A DNA stretch of 62,870 bases from a virus (IMGVR_UViG_3300041991_000007:1-62870); one strand, 5' to 3'; positions 17,588-26,026 are shown, counted from the first letter of the stretch. Translations and numbers: made by a program. Notes: generated from the letters alone by a model not told the origin.

Positions 17588-17851
17588 TTAATCTGCGGTC
17601 AGTTCTACTACCCCGCGAAATTTACTGAATTGATCGGTGATATATTGCCTATCGAAGTCGCCAATTAGATTAAGTCCATTAGAAGTAATCGCTACTCCCT
17701 GAAACATATCATCGCCCCATTTGACTTCTTTTGTTACCATGACTATATAGGTCATGTTTTCCGGGGCATCATATTGTACCAAGTCGCCCTTACCGAAAAG
17801 TACCTTCGGTTCACTAAGCTGCACTGTAGTAATCTGCGCTCTGGTACTCAT
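17588..17851 (-). CDS. Hypothetical protein
   Basis: 87-aa ORF. Confidence 0.65.
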   Translation of the reverse strand: MSTRAQITTVQLSEPKVLFGKGDLVQYDAPENMTYIVMVTKEVKWGDDMFQGVAITSNGLNLIGDFDRQYITDQFSKFRGVVELTAD

Positions 17852-18201
17852 GCGATAGCCCTCTGCTCTATAACAACTCTTTCACGGACTGCTTCAAAGC
17901 CGAAGCTAGCATAGAAAGAGTAAAGTGCGTCTCGATTAGCAGGGCAGTAATCGCCTTCGCGCATGTAGTCCAGCAATGTTTCATCTTCCTGATACTCCAC
18001 AAAGGATGATTCTGCGAACTCGTAGCGTGGTGCGCCTAGAGTCAATTCGTAGCCTTCGCCATCTTCGTTCGGTAGAACTAGTGTCATGCCTTCGGTCGGC
18101 GGAAATGGGAGCGTCCTGCTAGTTCTCATAACAACGTCTTGATCCTCTACAGGATGCTTTATCGTCATTATTACTATTAATTTGTAGTACGCCCCGTTCA
18201 T
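17848..18201 (-). CDS. Hypothetical protein
   Basis: 117-aa ORF with coupled overlaps. Confidence 0.65.
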   Translation of the reverse strand: MNGAYYKLIVIMTIKHPVEDQDVVMRTSRTLPFPPTEGMTLVLPNEDGEGYELTLGAPRYEFAESSFVEYQEDETLLDYMREGDYCPANRDALYSFYASFGFEAVRERVVIEQRAIA

Positions 18202-18455
18202 TACCCGAACCTCTGAGTGCGGCGTAAACGCTTGGCGATGTTGCGGCCAGAATTAAGCGTCTTGCGATGGCCTACCACCATCTGCGGCCCGTGGAAAATC
18301 TCTTTCTTAGCCCTCGCAATAATGGCTAGAGGGTTCTCCACGATAGGTGCGCTGATGTGGGTATAGTGGCCCCGGCTAGCAAAAAACTTAGCCTTTGTCG
18401 GATGGGCTTCGCCTTGGCGTTTCCTTCGTAGCGTAGTTACTCTGGCCTCATTCAT
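18201..18455 (-). CDS. Basic hypothetical protein
   Basis: 84-aa ORF with coupled overlaps. Confidence 0.6.
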   Translation of the reverse strand: MNEARVTTLRRKRQGEAHPTKAKFFASRGHYTHISAPIVENPLAIIARAKKEIFHGPQMVVGHRKTLNSGRNIAKRLRRTQRFG

Positions 18456-18637
18456 GCTGCTCTGCTCCCATTAATCTTTCGTGCTTCTTCCAGCGTGGGT
18501 AACTCTGCACGCTGCCCGTGTTTTGTGAGTTTCGACTGCGCCATGTACTGCTCGCGATTCTCCATGTAGCGCCCTGACGTGACCAGCCTGCAACTCTGTG
18601 GAATTATTAATTCCCTAAGCTTAGGTGATCTGTCCAT
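18452..18637 (-). CDS. Hypothetical protein
   Basis: 61-aa ORF. Confidence 0.55.
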   Translation of the reverse strand: MDRSPKLRELIIPQSCRLVTSGRYMENREQYMAQSKLTKHGQRAELPTLEEARKINGSRAA

Positions 18638-18639
18638 GA

Positions 18640-18810
18640 TTACGGCCCTTCGTATTTGACGCGGACGCCATTGGTCTGCGTTACATATTTGGGTCGCGGG
18701 ATTTCTTTCAGGTGCATAAGCCGCTGCTTTGGGTGCTTACACAGTTCGTGTATCTGGCGACGAATGCTACTCGACTCGTTACCAAACATGATTTTTTCGA
18801 CCTTACCCAT
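18640..18810 (-). CDS. Hypothetical protein
   Basis: ATG 18810 with AAGGAG RBS. Confidence 0.6.
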   Translation of the reverse strand: MGKVEKIMFGNESSSIRRQIHELCKHPKQRLMHLKEIPRPKYVTQTNGVRVKYEGP

Positions 18811-18811
18811 T

Positions 18812-18985
18812 CTAGTTCTCCTTAACAACGTCTACAGCAAGTGCGACACAGACTACCCCGGCCAGCAAAAATATGCTACCGATTGAGTATGTCTCGTCGC
18901 GGTAAAAGTAAACAGCGAACAGCAGAAAGCACCCGCCAAGTAGCAGGTGTCCAAGTGCTGACAGGTATGCTTTGATCCGGCGCAT
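18812..18985 (-). CDS. Two-TM micro membrane protein (57 aa)
   Basis: Hand translation MRRIKAYLSALGHLLLGGCFLLFAVYFYRDETYSIGSIFLLAGVVCVALAVDVVKEN. Confidence 0.7.
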   Translation of the reverse strand: MRRIKAYLSALGHLLLGGCFLLFAVYFYRDETYSIGSIFLLAGVVCVALAVDVVKEN

Positions 18986-19197
18986 TAGAATTTAACCTGC
19001 TTGAGATTATCTCTAGCGACTACCAGACAAGCGTAGATCGCGGGAAAGCAGATTAATGCGACTTCGATCTGACCTTCCAATAGGGCCAGGAAAAACGCGA
19101 GCACAAACTCTGCGCCAGACGTGGCTGTGCCTAGGAAAATCAGTAGGTGGATTATTGATTCCACCGTTGGGTGCAGTCGGCCCTTAAATCCATTCAT
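18985..19197 (-). CDS. Two-TM small membrane protein
   Basis: 70 aa, two hydrophobic stretches. Confidence 0.65.
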   Translation of the reverse strand: MNGFKGRLHPTVESIIHLLIFLGTATSGAEFVLAFFLALLEGQIEVALICFPAIYACLVVARDNLKQVKF

Positions 19198-19210
19198 GGT
19201 ACAGCCCCTA

Positions 19211-19390
19211 TTAGTTAGCGATTACTTCACTCACTACCACGTCTTGATGCTGGTGTACGTAGGTTTCCACGCTCTCGCCAGCGTCTTGCAGGCACGCTAT
19301 AATCTGCGGCGTTTGCCCGTGGCCTACTATGGTCACATTAACAGGCTGGCCTGCAAACTCTTCTAGTGTGATCTTGACTTTGGTAGTCAT
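19211..19390 (-). CDS. Hypothetical protein (59 aa)
   Basis: Hand-translated MTTKVKITLEEFAGQPVNV...; TAATG overlap. Confidence 0.6.
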   Translation of the reverse strand: MTTKVKITLEEFAGQPVNVTIVGHGQTPQIIACLQDAGESVETYVHQHQDVVVSEVIAN

Positions 19391-19632
19391 TATCCTTTAC
19401 GCCTATTAGTCATCTTCTTTACCACGCGAAGATTAGAGCCTGAATTACTGAGTTTGCTTCCATTCGCTGAACCGCGTTTATGATCTACTTCTTTACCATC
19501 CTTGCTTGCTTTACCTTCGCGGTCAAGCTTACGTACAGCTTTATTCCGCTGATTACGGTTGTCAATCTGTTTCTGCTTACCGTGGAAGTCTGCGTATTCC
19601 GCAGCGTAGTTCCGTGGTTCTTTGCGTGGCAT
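19390..19632 (-). CDS. Small HNH-like protein
   Basis: DGKEVDH...N...NLRVV...NR pattern. Confidence 0.65.
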   Translation of the reverse strand: MPRKEPRNYAAEYADFHGKQKQIDNRNQRNKAVRKLDREGKASKDGKEVDHKRGSANGSKLSNSGSNLRVVKKMTNRRKG

Positions 19633-19644
19633 CGTGATAGCCCC

Positions 19645-19750
19645 GAATTAATCTTGCGCTGCGCCGTACTACGCTGGGGTAAGATAGGTCGCAGGGGATA
19701 CAACCTAAATACGCACCATCTACATAGACGGCGCAGCGCAAGATTAACTC
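19645..19750 (-). ncRNA. Long intergenic hairpin (perfect 20-bp inverted repeat enclosing further stems)
   Basis: TTAATCTTGCGCTGCGCCGT (19648-19667) is the exact reverse complement of 19728-19747. Confidence 0.65.
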
Positions 19751-19908
19751 TGTAATTGTTTAACTAAGTTCTTAACTTGGATTACTTCCAGTGCGAAAGA
19801 GTTGCGTACTGCCGTCTCTTTAATCTGTGGAAGTAAACTTTCCATAACCGTTATGCGACCTAGTAGGTCTGCAATGCGCTGGGTCAGGATCGGGTCGGGG
19901 GAAGTCAT
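19744..19908 (-). CDS. Hypothetical protein (54 aa)
   Basis: Hand-translated MTSPDPILTQRIADLLGRI...; downstream of the 19957-19985 promoter. Confidence 0.55.
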   Translation of the reverse strand: MTSPDPILTQRIADLLGRITVMESLLPQIKETAVRNSFALEVIQVKNLVKQLQS

Positions 19909-19956
19909 CAGGCCACCATAGGGCTGTACAGGGCGGTTTGCAAGCCCGTGTAGAAG

Positions 19957-19985
19957 ATGCTACAGGGTTTCGCCCGGAAACGCAA
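19957..19985 (-). promoter_or_regulatory. sigma70-like promoter TTGCGT-17-TAGCAT
   Basis: Shares GAAACCCTGTAGnATCTTC with the promoter at 4076-4104. Confidence 0.6.
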
Positions 19986-19988
19986 GCG

Positions 19989-20012
19989 CCCCGGCGAGCG
20001 GACTCGCCGGGG
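19989..20012 (-). terminator. Intrinsic terminator-like hairpin
   Basis: CCCCGGCGAG-4 nt-CTCGCCGGGG just after the 20027 stop; weak U-tract. Confidence 0.65.
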
Positions 20013-20026
20013 TACTCAAGCTGCTA

Positions 20027-20500
20027 TTACTCGTCACCAAGGTTCAGGTCGTCGCTGTCCAGATCGCCTTCGCCTTCGTCGTCGCTGCCGTCGCTCTCGG
20101 TTCCGGTAGCACTGGCCTTCGCGGCCTTCGCTGCGTCCTTCGCCTTCTGCTCGGCGGTACGCTCGCCGTTGTGCCACACGCGCAGTTCGGGGTTGCCCGA
20201 CTCGTTGCCGTCTGCATCCGGCTCACCGTTCGGGAAATAGCGGGTAACGACATTGATACCCTGCTTCTTGCCCAGCGAGCTAAAGTAGCTCTGCTTCTGC
20301 GCGGCCTTACGCTTCGCGTCTTCCTCGACCGAAAGCGGGGTGCCGTCCTGCTTGGTGGCGTTTTCCTCGCCCACAATGTCAATCTTGAAAGACTGACCCG
20401 GCTTCATGTGTTCCAGCGGGTACTGGCTGCCACGCGGCGCGAACTCGATTTCACGCTTGGGGATGCTGACGCCATCTTCGATTACAAATTCAAAGCTCAT
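20027..20500 (-). CDS. Putative DNA-binding protein with acidic tail
   Basis: V.IP....RGSQYP...M.PGQSF N-terminus; C/G-ending codon bias; own promoter and terminator. Confidence 0.55.
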   Translation of the reverse strand: MSFEFVIEDGVSIPKREIEFAPRGSQYPLEHMKPGQSFKIDIVGEENATKQDGTPLSVEEDAKRKAAQKQSYFSSLGKKQGINVVTRYFPNGEPDADGNESGNPELRVWHNGERTAEQKAKDAAKAAKASATGTESDGSDDEGEGDLDSDDLNLGDE

Positions 20501-20565
20501 GGGAATATCCTCACTAGGTTGGGTTGAATCCGGCTTGTGTAGTGAATCTGGCCGGGTGTGGAGCT

Positions 20566-20594
20566 AGTAAACCACTACGGTTTGCAGTTGTCAA
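20566..20594 (-). promoter_or_regulatory. sigma70-like promoter TTGACA-17-TTTACT
   Basis: Perfect -35 box upstream of the 20500 gene. Confidence 0.55.
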
Positions 20595-20881
20595 CAACTT
20601 TCTTCGTCGGGGTTTACCAGTGCTGCGGCTCGGGCTTCTAGCACTGTCGCCATGCGCTCTAGCTCGGCCCTACGGTACATGCTGCCCGTGAATCTAAACC
20701 ATCCGTTTGTGTAGCGAACGCGGACTGTCTGCCCTGTCGCCGCATGGTACGCGGCTTCGTATCGGCTCGCTAGCGCGTCTGCATAGGCTAGGCGCATGGT
20801 CTTCTGTGCCTCGGACACTCGCGCCCTGTCTGCGGCCCTTGCTGACAGCCCTGCTAGGTGTCGGCGCTGGTATGCGTTCAT
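20591..20881 (-). CDS. Hypothetical protein
   Basis: ATGA overlap start MNAYQRR; resembles the C-terminal half of the 21879 protein. Confidence 0.55.
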   Translation of the reverse strand: MNAYQRRHLAGLSARAADRARVSEAQKTMRLAYADALASRYEAAYHAATGQTVRVRYTNGWFRFTGSMYRRAELERMATVLEARAAALVNPDEESC

Positions 20882-21309
20882 AGGTTGAACGTCCCTGCCG
20901 GGTACTTCGCCTGTCCAGTACCGCCCAGCCGCTTGCATACCTTCACCCAGCCGTCATCATGGTTATGGCTATGGCCGTGCTGTGGCCGGAAGTCGCAAAC
21001 AACGTGAGCTAGTTCATGCGGGATTACATCGTCAAGTACGGCTTGCAAATTCTGCTCTACCGCAGACTTATTAATCCTAACTAACACCATCGGTTTATCA
21101 CGTTCACCACGTAACACCACCGCGCAAGCTGCCGCCGATGGATGGTTAGACACTCGCGCTATCGTGGCATGGTTCATAAACGCTAACTTAAAATCGTGCG
21201 GCTCGTGGATCTGGTACGTGTTCTTAGCCTCAGTCCATACGGACTTAACCCGGCGCATTACTCGGGACTCGGCAGATTCTTTATCCGTGGTAACGGCTGG
21301 AATAAACAT
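20878..21309 (-). CDS. SprT-like zinc metalloprotease
   Basis: VIPHELAH...H...W....RLG motif. Confidence 0.8.
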   Translation of the reverse strand: MFIPAVTTDKESAESRVMRRVKSVWTEAKNTYQIHEPHDFKLAFMNHATIARVSNHPSAAACAVVLRGERDKPMVLVRINKSAVEQNLQAVLDDVIPHELAHVVCDFRPQHGHSHNHDDGWVKVCKRLGGTGQAKYPAGTFNL

Positions 21310-21578
21310 TAATCTTTCTCCATATCCGCTAGTATCTGGCGGGCTAATTCTGGATCGTGTTTAATTCTCGTTTCCAGTTCCCAGCATCTATCGCAAAGCT
21401 TCGTACCAAACATTCTTGTAGGAGCATTACATATCCTACACCCTACTACATTATCGCCCATCGAATTGCCGTGCCTGTGGCATGGGGTTTTGAGGTAGCC
21501 CCCCATTTCGTAGCCCTTACGTACTGAGCTAGTATTATTTGAGTCGGCATATACGCACCCACACTTAAGCGTAGACAT
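21309..21578 (-). CDS. Cys-rich putative zinc-binding protein
   Basis: CGC, PCH, CRIC and CDRC motifs. Confidence 0.6.
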   Translation of the reverse strand: MSTLKCGCVYADSNNTSSVRKGYEMGGYLKTPCHRHGNSMGDNVVGCRICNAPTRMFGTKLCDRCWELETRIKHDPELARQILADMEKD

Positions 21579-21874
21579 TACTTTCCCCTGCGCCAGTTCC
21601 AGATTGAGCGCCGGCCTGTGAACTTCGTGACTTTCTTTGTCACGCGGGCTTTAATCATAGCCCATACGGTTTCGTATTCGGGCCAATCTTTCTCGACTAC
21701 CACGCATACCAGCGGCGGCTTGCCCCTGATCTGGCGCAGCACGTCCTGAGTAGCGCGCATTGATTCCAGAGTCTCGATGGAGCTTTGTGGTACGTCGCTA
21801 CGCTTAAAGACGAAGTAGCGATCTTCGCGCTTGAACTCCGCGCCTGTGTTGTATGTTGCCGGTTGCTCTGACAT
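21578..21874 (-). CDS. Conserved phage hypothetical protein
   Basis: REDRY.V.K..D and CVVVEKDWPEYE motifs; start set at ATG 21874. Confidence 0.65.
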   Translation of the reverse strand: MSEQPATYNTGAEFKREDRYFVFKRSDVPQSSIETLESMRATQDVLRQIRGKPPLVCVVVEKDWPEYETVWAMIKARVTKKVTKFTGRRSIWNWRRGK

Positions 21875-21878
21875 AATC

Positions 21879-22205
21879 TTAGCCCGCCCTATACTCAAGT
21901 TGTTTTGCCATTTCCAGCAAGCGCTGCCTGCTGACCCTGTGACTTGTACCACTGACACGCAACCACGGTTTATCATATTGAACTACGGGATTAATCCCGT
22001 ATACTGCTTTGTACGCCTCACTGAATCGGGCCACGATATTCTTTAGCCCGCGATCCATCTTGTGTTTAATCTGTTCGGCTGGCAGGGGTACATCTTCGAT
22101 CAGGACGCCAGCGTTCCGCATCTTGCGACGTTCTAGGGCGTTGTTGATTATCTCTGTCGTGGTTTGTGGGCAGACGTAAGGTACATGCTCGTCAATCTTA
22201 ATCAT
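21879..22205 (-). CDS. Hypothetical protein
   Basis: ORF track; start set at the ATGA overlap. Confidence 0.6.
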   Translation of the reverse strand: MIKIDEHVPYVCPQTTTEIINNALERRKMRNAGVLIEDVPLPAEQIKHKMDRGLKNIVARFSEAYKAVYGINPVVQYDKPWLRVSGTSHRVSRQRLLEMAKQLEYRAG

Positions 22206-22360
22206 CGTCCTATCCACCATGTTAGTACGAAGTATTTGCAGCCGCGCCGCTTAGCTGCTAAATAGTATTTAATCACATAGCGCAACTTCATTTCGGTGCA
22301 TATATGCACACGACGCTGCTTAATCGGATCATATGCTTCTAGTTTATATCGCGAACCCAT
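22202..22360 (-). CDS. Hypothetical protein (52 aa)
   Basis: Hand-translated MGSRYKLEAYDPIKQ...; GGAG RBS. Confidence 0.55.
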   Translation of the reverse strand: MGSRYKLEAYDPIKQRRVHICTEMKLRYVIKYYLAAKRRGCKYFVLTWWIGR

Positions 22361-22361
22361 A

Positions 22362-22520
22362 TCAATTCTCCGCTTCATGGATTATTACTATGGGAGTTTC
22401 ACTGTCCCGGTGTGGGTGACACCAGCAATCTAGGCTGCGGGTATGCTCGCGCCCGAATAGCGGTATCACATGGTATTCTGTGAAGTCGTCATTAATCTTA
22501 TTTTCGTAAACTCCCCACAT
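22362..22520 (-). CDS. His/Cys metal-binding micro-protein (52 aa)
   Basis: Hand translation contains HVIP...H....CWCHP....IIH. Confidence 0.6.
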   Translation of the reverse strand: MWGVYENKINDDFTEYHVIPLFGREHTRSLDCWCHPHRDSETPIVIIHEAEN

Positions 22521-22521
22521 A

Positions 22522-22809
22522 TTAACCTACCGTAAAACTCGTGTCGTGTGGATGTAGCGTAGTCGCTAGCGGATCGGCTGGCATATGTTCTGCCTCGCCA
22601 TGTACTGCGCCTTCGCGGAAATCTCCGAAACGCTGTGCATAATTCATAAACTGTTCTTGCACTGGCGTCCTTCGGAAGTAATAACCTTTTCCGAAGTTTA
22701 ATTCTTGCTCGGTGTAGTACGTAACAAGGTGCCCGTGAACGTATATCTCGCGGCATCCTGTGTCCGGGTTATCATATACTGCGGGCATTAGTTTTACTCG
22801 ATAATCCAT
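22522..22809 (-). CDS. Hypothetical protein
   Basis: 95-aa ORF. Confidence 0.6.
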   Translation of the reverse strand: MDYRVKLMPAVYDNPDTGCREIYVHGHLVTYYTEQELNFGKGYYFRRTPVQEQFMNYAQRFGDFREGAVHGEAEHMPADPLATTLHPHDTSFTVG

Positions 22810-22843
22810 GTATGCAGCCTATAATCTAAGCTGCATAGGTTGA

Positions 22844-22999
22844 CTACCGCTTCTTCATACCCTTGCGGGCTGCGATATCCTTGAGCTTCTGGATAGCCAT
22901 TGCCTGCCGCTTTGCGGCCTTGCTGGCATCCTTCACATGGTAGCGGTGCTTGATGCGCGCCCATGCGTTCTGGCGACTTGCTACGGCTGTACCGGGCAT
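22844..22999 (-). CDS. Small basic protein (51 aa)
   Basis: Hand-translated MPGTAVASRQNAWARIKHRY...; AGGAG RBS. Confidence 0.55.
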   Translation of the reverse strand: MPGTAVASRQNAWARIKHRYHVKDASKAAKRQAMAIQKLKDIAARKGMKKR

Positions 23000-23009
23000 A
23001 ACTTCTCTC

Positions 23010-23141
23010 CTACTTTGGTATTACGCGGAATTGAGCGGCTGGCAACGTGTACGTCTCGCGCCAGCCTTTCGGCGGATTAATCGGCAAGCGATTAAATGGG
23101 TTGGGTTTCTTGCGCTTGGGTTTCGGTTTCAGTTCGGCCAT
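23010..23141 (-). CDS. Small Pro/Lys-rich protein (43 aa)
   Basis: TAATG-coupled to the 23141 gene. Confidence 0.45.
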   Translation of the reverse strand: MAELKPKPKRKKPNPFNRLPINPPKGWRETYTLPAAQFRVIPK

Positions 23142-23575
23142 TATTCAGCCGCAACCTTTGCCGCCAAGTCATGCTTTGCGATAATGGCCTGCATCGTCTG
23201 GTCTGCGCCGTCCAGTGCGGTGTAGAAGTCGCCATCATCCGGCTTCATCTGGTAATCGCTCGGGTCGATCCCGGCCTTGTTCAGCACGCCATACATGAAC
23301 CGCGCAGCGCCGCGCATGTACTTCGATGCTTCCAGCGCAAACTGCGCGCTAGGCAGGTGGTCGGTATTTTCTGCGATGGCGCACGCGCAACCAGCGGCCT
23401 CGGCCAGTGCGGGCAGGTTATGGCGAAGCGTGCGAAACGTCTTGTAGTCGCTGAGCGTATACCCAGCGGCCAGAATGCGGGCCTTGTTCTTGTCGCTCTG
23501 TTCCCGGTCGCCTGCACCAGCGAGCGCGGCCAGCAGTGCTTCAAGCGGGTTTTCAGCGTTTTCTTTCGTTTGCAT
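23141..23575 (-). CDS. Hypothetical helical protein, paralogue of 23646-24080
   Basis: Shares AAG.T...Y and LN.AGIDP with its neighbour. Confidence 0.75.
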   Translation of the reverse strand: MQTKENAENPLEALLAALAGAGDREQSDKNKARILAAGYTLSDYKTFRTLRHNLPALAEAAGCACAIAENTDHLPSAQFALEASKYMRGAARFMYGVLNKAGIDPSDYQMKPDDGDFYTALDGADQTMQAIIAKHDLAAKVAAE

Positions 23576-23606
23576 GGCATTTAATCCTTTTGTCTGGATG
23601 AATTAA

Positions 23607-23638
23607 TAGACCGCTAGGAGTTAATCCCTAGCGGTCTA
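23607..23638 (-). terminator. 12-bp perfect hairpin between the paralogues
   Basis: TAGACCGCTAGG-8 nt-CCTAGCGGTCTA, followed by TTAATT on the minus strand. Confidence 0.65.
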
Positions 23639-23645
23639 GTTGGTA

Positions 23646-24080
23646 TTACGCGGTAGCCGTCAACTGCGCGGCAGTCAGGCCGGAAAGGTCTTCACCGGAC
23701 AGCGTGCGGTCAAAAATGCTGACGGCATGCTGCATGCGACCCCGAAACTGGTTCATGTCGCGACGGACACCCAGCGAATCCGGGTCGATACCGGCACGGT
23801 TGAGCGTGGCTTCCATCCACGTTGCCGTATCGGAAATGTACTGCGCGGTTTCCTTGCCGAGTGCGGCGGTGCGCTTGTCGCCGGTCTTGCTCGCCACGGT
23901 CATGTAGTACGCGAGTGCGCCCGCCTGATCGTCGAAAGTTTCACGGAACAAGCTGAGCTTGTGATAATAGTTCTCGGTGCAACCGGCTGCGGCCATCTTG
24001 CGCCGCAAGGTTTCTTCCGCTTCGGCCTGCTTGCGCCGGGCTTCGATCATCTTTTGCAGCGCGTTGAGAATGTCGCTCAT
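23646..24080 (-). CDS. Hypothetical helical protein, paralogue of 23141-23575
   Basis: 144 aa, GGAGG RBS. Confidence 0.75.
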   Translation of the reverse strand: MSDILNALQKMIEARRKQAEAEETLRRKMAAAGCTENYYHKLSLFRETFDDQAGALAYYMTVASKTGDKRTAALGKETAQYISDTATWMEATLNRAGIDPDSLGVRRDMNQFRGRMQHAVSIFDRTLSGEDLSGLTAAQLTATA

Positions 24081-24160
24081 GTTGTGTTACCTCCATGCTG
24101 TGCTGAGTTGTGCAGCGTTTTATGCGCCGTGTGATAGCCCCAAACCATCGGGCCGGGGCT

Positions 24161-24190
24161 ATTGTAGAACTTTCTACAAACGCATGTCAA
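24161..24190 (-). promoter_or_regulatory. sigma70-like promoter TTGACA-18-TACAAT with overlapping palindrome
   Basis: TTGTAGAA-CT-TTCTACAA (24162-24179) covers the spacer and -10 box. Confidence 0.7.
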
Positions 24191-25485
24191 GCGGCCATTG
24201 AGTACGGATCGACTTCCGGCGCGATGGCGCTAGCAGGCCGCTGGCGGCGGTTCTGGCGGCGTTCGTACCTGGCCCTTGCTCTCGCTACCTGTTCGGCTAT
24301 GAGCCGCGCCTCACGCTCGGCTAGAGCGGCCTGCTCTCTGCCGTCCGTGGTGCGCTGCTGCAACGCCCCTAGTACATCGACAGCGGTAGGGTGCTGATTG
24401 TAGTCGCGCATGCTGTAGCGCCAGCGGTGCGCGATCTGCGCGGTTTCGTTGCGGTAGTCTGCCGGGTCAAGCCCAAGCGTCGCCAGCATATTGAGCCAGC
24501 CGCGTTTAGCTTCGCTCCACTTAATCGCCCGCATTTGCTCGCCGCTCATTACATCGTTAGGATTATATTCCGTTATATCCCACTTCTCGACATAATTGCA
24601 GATAGCATTGGCGAGAATAATGTTCCGCTTTAGTTTATCTTCGCCGCCCATTTCAAAACAACGGAACTCGATTGTGCCATTATCACCGTAGTCGGTAATT
24701 CTCACCATATCGTCTTTGTCTCCGGTATACTGGATAGACTCCACGCTGAGCATATCTGTTTCGGCTTTCGTGAATTTATTGCGCAGACGTATCAGGCGCA
24801 TTTTCCACATCATTAAATATGTCTGCGCTGCTAATACGTCTCTCGCATCGCACTCGCGATAAACCCTTTCGCACCACCTATCGGCGCGGTGCATGTATGC
24901 TGTTTCGCTTGCTACCGCGTGCGCGTATCTTTTTATGCGGGACTCGCAATGCTCCACAGTATCTTCATCGTTATTACCTGAGTAACGGTTGCGGCGGGAC
25001 AAATGCTGTCGGGTAAGCGGCTTGGCATTAATATCGTCCACCGTATTAAGCGTGGCCCATGCAAGCCACGGATTCATTGCAGCGAATAGCATCATGCGTT
25101 TTGAATACATGGAGCGTTCTTTATTATCGCTGCCAATAATCCCTGTGTGAATATGCGCGCCGCCACCGCTGCTATAATCGGCTTGCACCACTAACCCTAA
25201 TTCCTCGGCTTCCCTGCGCAGTCTCCGCGCTATGCTTAGCAGTGTGGACAGCTTGCGATATGGCTTCGTGCGGATTTCCACGCAACCCGGATCGGTAGTG
25301 GCTTCACCCCAAACAGGTATTTTCTTTGCGCGGATAAGGTGCTGCATTAACCGGGCGAGTGCGTAGTTAACATCCGATTCCATCGGCGCGTGTTCCGGCT
25401 CAAATGTAGCGCCCCGATTTAATGCAACTTGATACATGGCGGGAACGTAGGTCAATTCAATACCCATTGTCGTTGTCAGGCTCAT
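24187..25485 (-). CDS. Amidoligase (COOH-NH2 ligase, Amidoligase_2-like)
   Basis: MGIEL, D...VEIRTKP, GGAHIH and TIEFR motifs in family order. Confidence 0.7.
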   Translation of the reverse strand: MSLTTTMGIELTYVPAMYQVALNRGATFEPEHAPMESDVNYALARLMQHLIRAKKIPVWGEATTDPGCVEIRTKPYRKLSTLLSIARRLRREAEELGLVVQADYSSGGGAHIHTGIIGSDNKERSMYSKRMMLFAAMNPWLAWATLNTVDDINAKPLTRQHLSRRNRYSGNNDEDTVEHCESRIKRYAHAVASETAYMHRADRWCERVYRECDARDVLAAQTYLMMWKMRLIRLRNKFTKAETDMLSVESIQYTGDKDDMVRITDYGDNGTIEFRCFEMGGEDKLKRNIILANAICNYVEKWDITEYNPNDVMSGEQMRAIKWSEAKRGWLNMLATLGLDPADYRNETAQIAHRWRYSMRDYNQHPTAVDVLGALQQRTTDGREQAALAEREARLIAEQVARARARYERRQNRRQRPASAIAPEVDPYSMAA

Positions 25486-25496
25486 GGCATTATCTC

Positions 25497-25763
25497 CTAA
25501 AGGTCGTCGGCTTGATCGTTAATCATCTGGTTATATTCGATTACTCGCGACTCGCAACAATCGCCGCAAAGGTAATCGGTAATATAAACATCCGAACCTA
25601 GCTCGCGCTCCACTTTGCGCCAGCCGTGCGTTAACGCATACTGCAAATTCTTATGCGCTCCGCAATCGTGGCATTCAAGTGTAGCCGCTAACATACTCGG
25701 CACCATCTGGTTAAACACCAGCGGCGCAAACGTGATAGCCCCGCGCATTATGGCATCCTCCAA
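25497..25763 (-). CDS. Zinc-finger-like hypothetical protein
   Basis: CHDC...GW...LCGDC. Confidence 0.55.
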   Translation of the reverse strand: MEDAIMRGAITFAPLVFNQMVPSMLAATLECHDCGAHKNLQYALTHGWRKVERELGSDVYITDYLCGDCCESRVIEYNQMINDQADDL

Positions 25764-26026
25764 TTATTAATCAGCCCGTGTTTAATGCGCAAGCGGTTTA
25801 CTTCCTCGCGCATCTTCTGTTTCGCTTCGGTTGCGGTATCATAATTATAGCCGCACGCCACTACCCGCGACAAGGTAGGATTGAAATTGTATTCAATCGA
25901 GTATGTCCATTTGTCCTGTCCTTGAATGGGCGGATATACCCGCCCCGGATTAATCGCTGTGATTTTCATTTGATTCACCCTCACGGTATGGAATGGATAT
26001 TGATTGCGCAAGTCTTGCCTATTCAT
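25748..26026 (-). CDS. Hypothetical protein
   Basis: ATG 26026 with AAGGAG RBS. Confidence 0.6.
   Translation of the reverse strand: MNRQDLRNQYPFHTVRVNQMKITAINPGRVYPPIQGQDKWTYSIEYNFNPTLSRVVACGYNYDTATEAKQKMREEVNRLRIKHGLINNWRMP

Noticed and set aside
19645-19750. SRP (4.5S) RNA, retron msr-msd or MITE
   Set aside because: Lacks the SRP domain IV GGAA-loop motif; no RT in the genome; no target-site duplication or second copy noticed.
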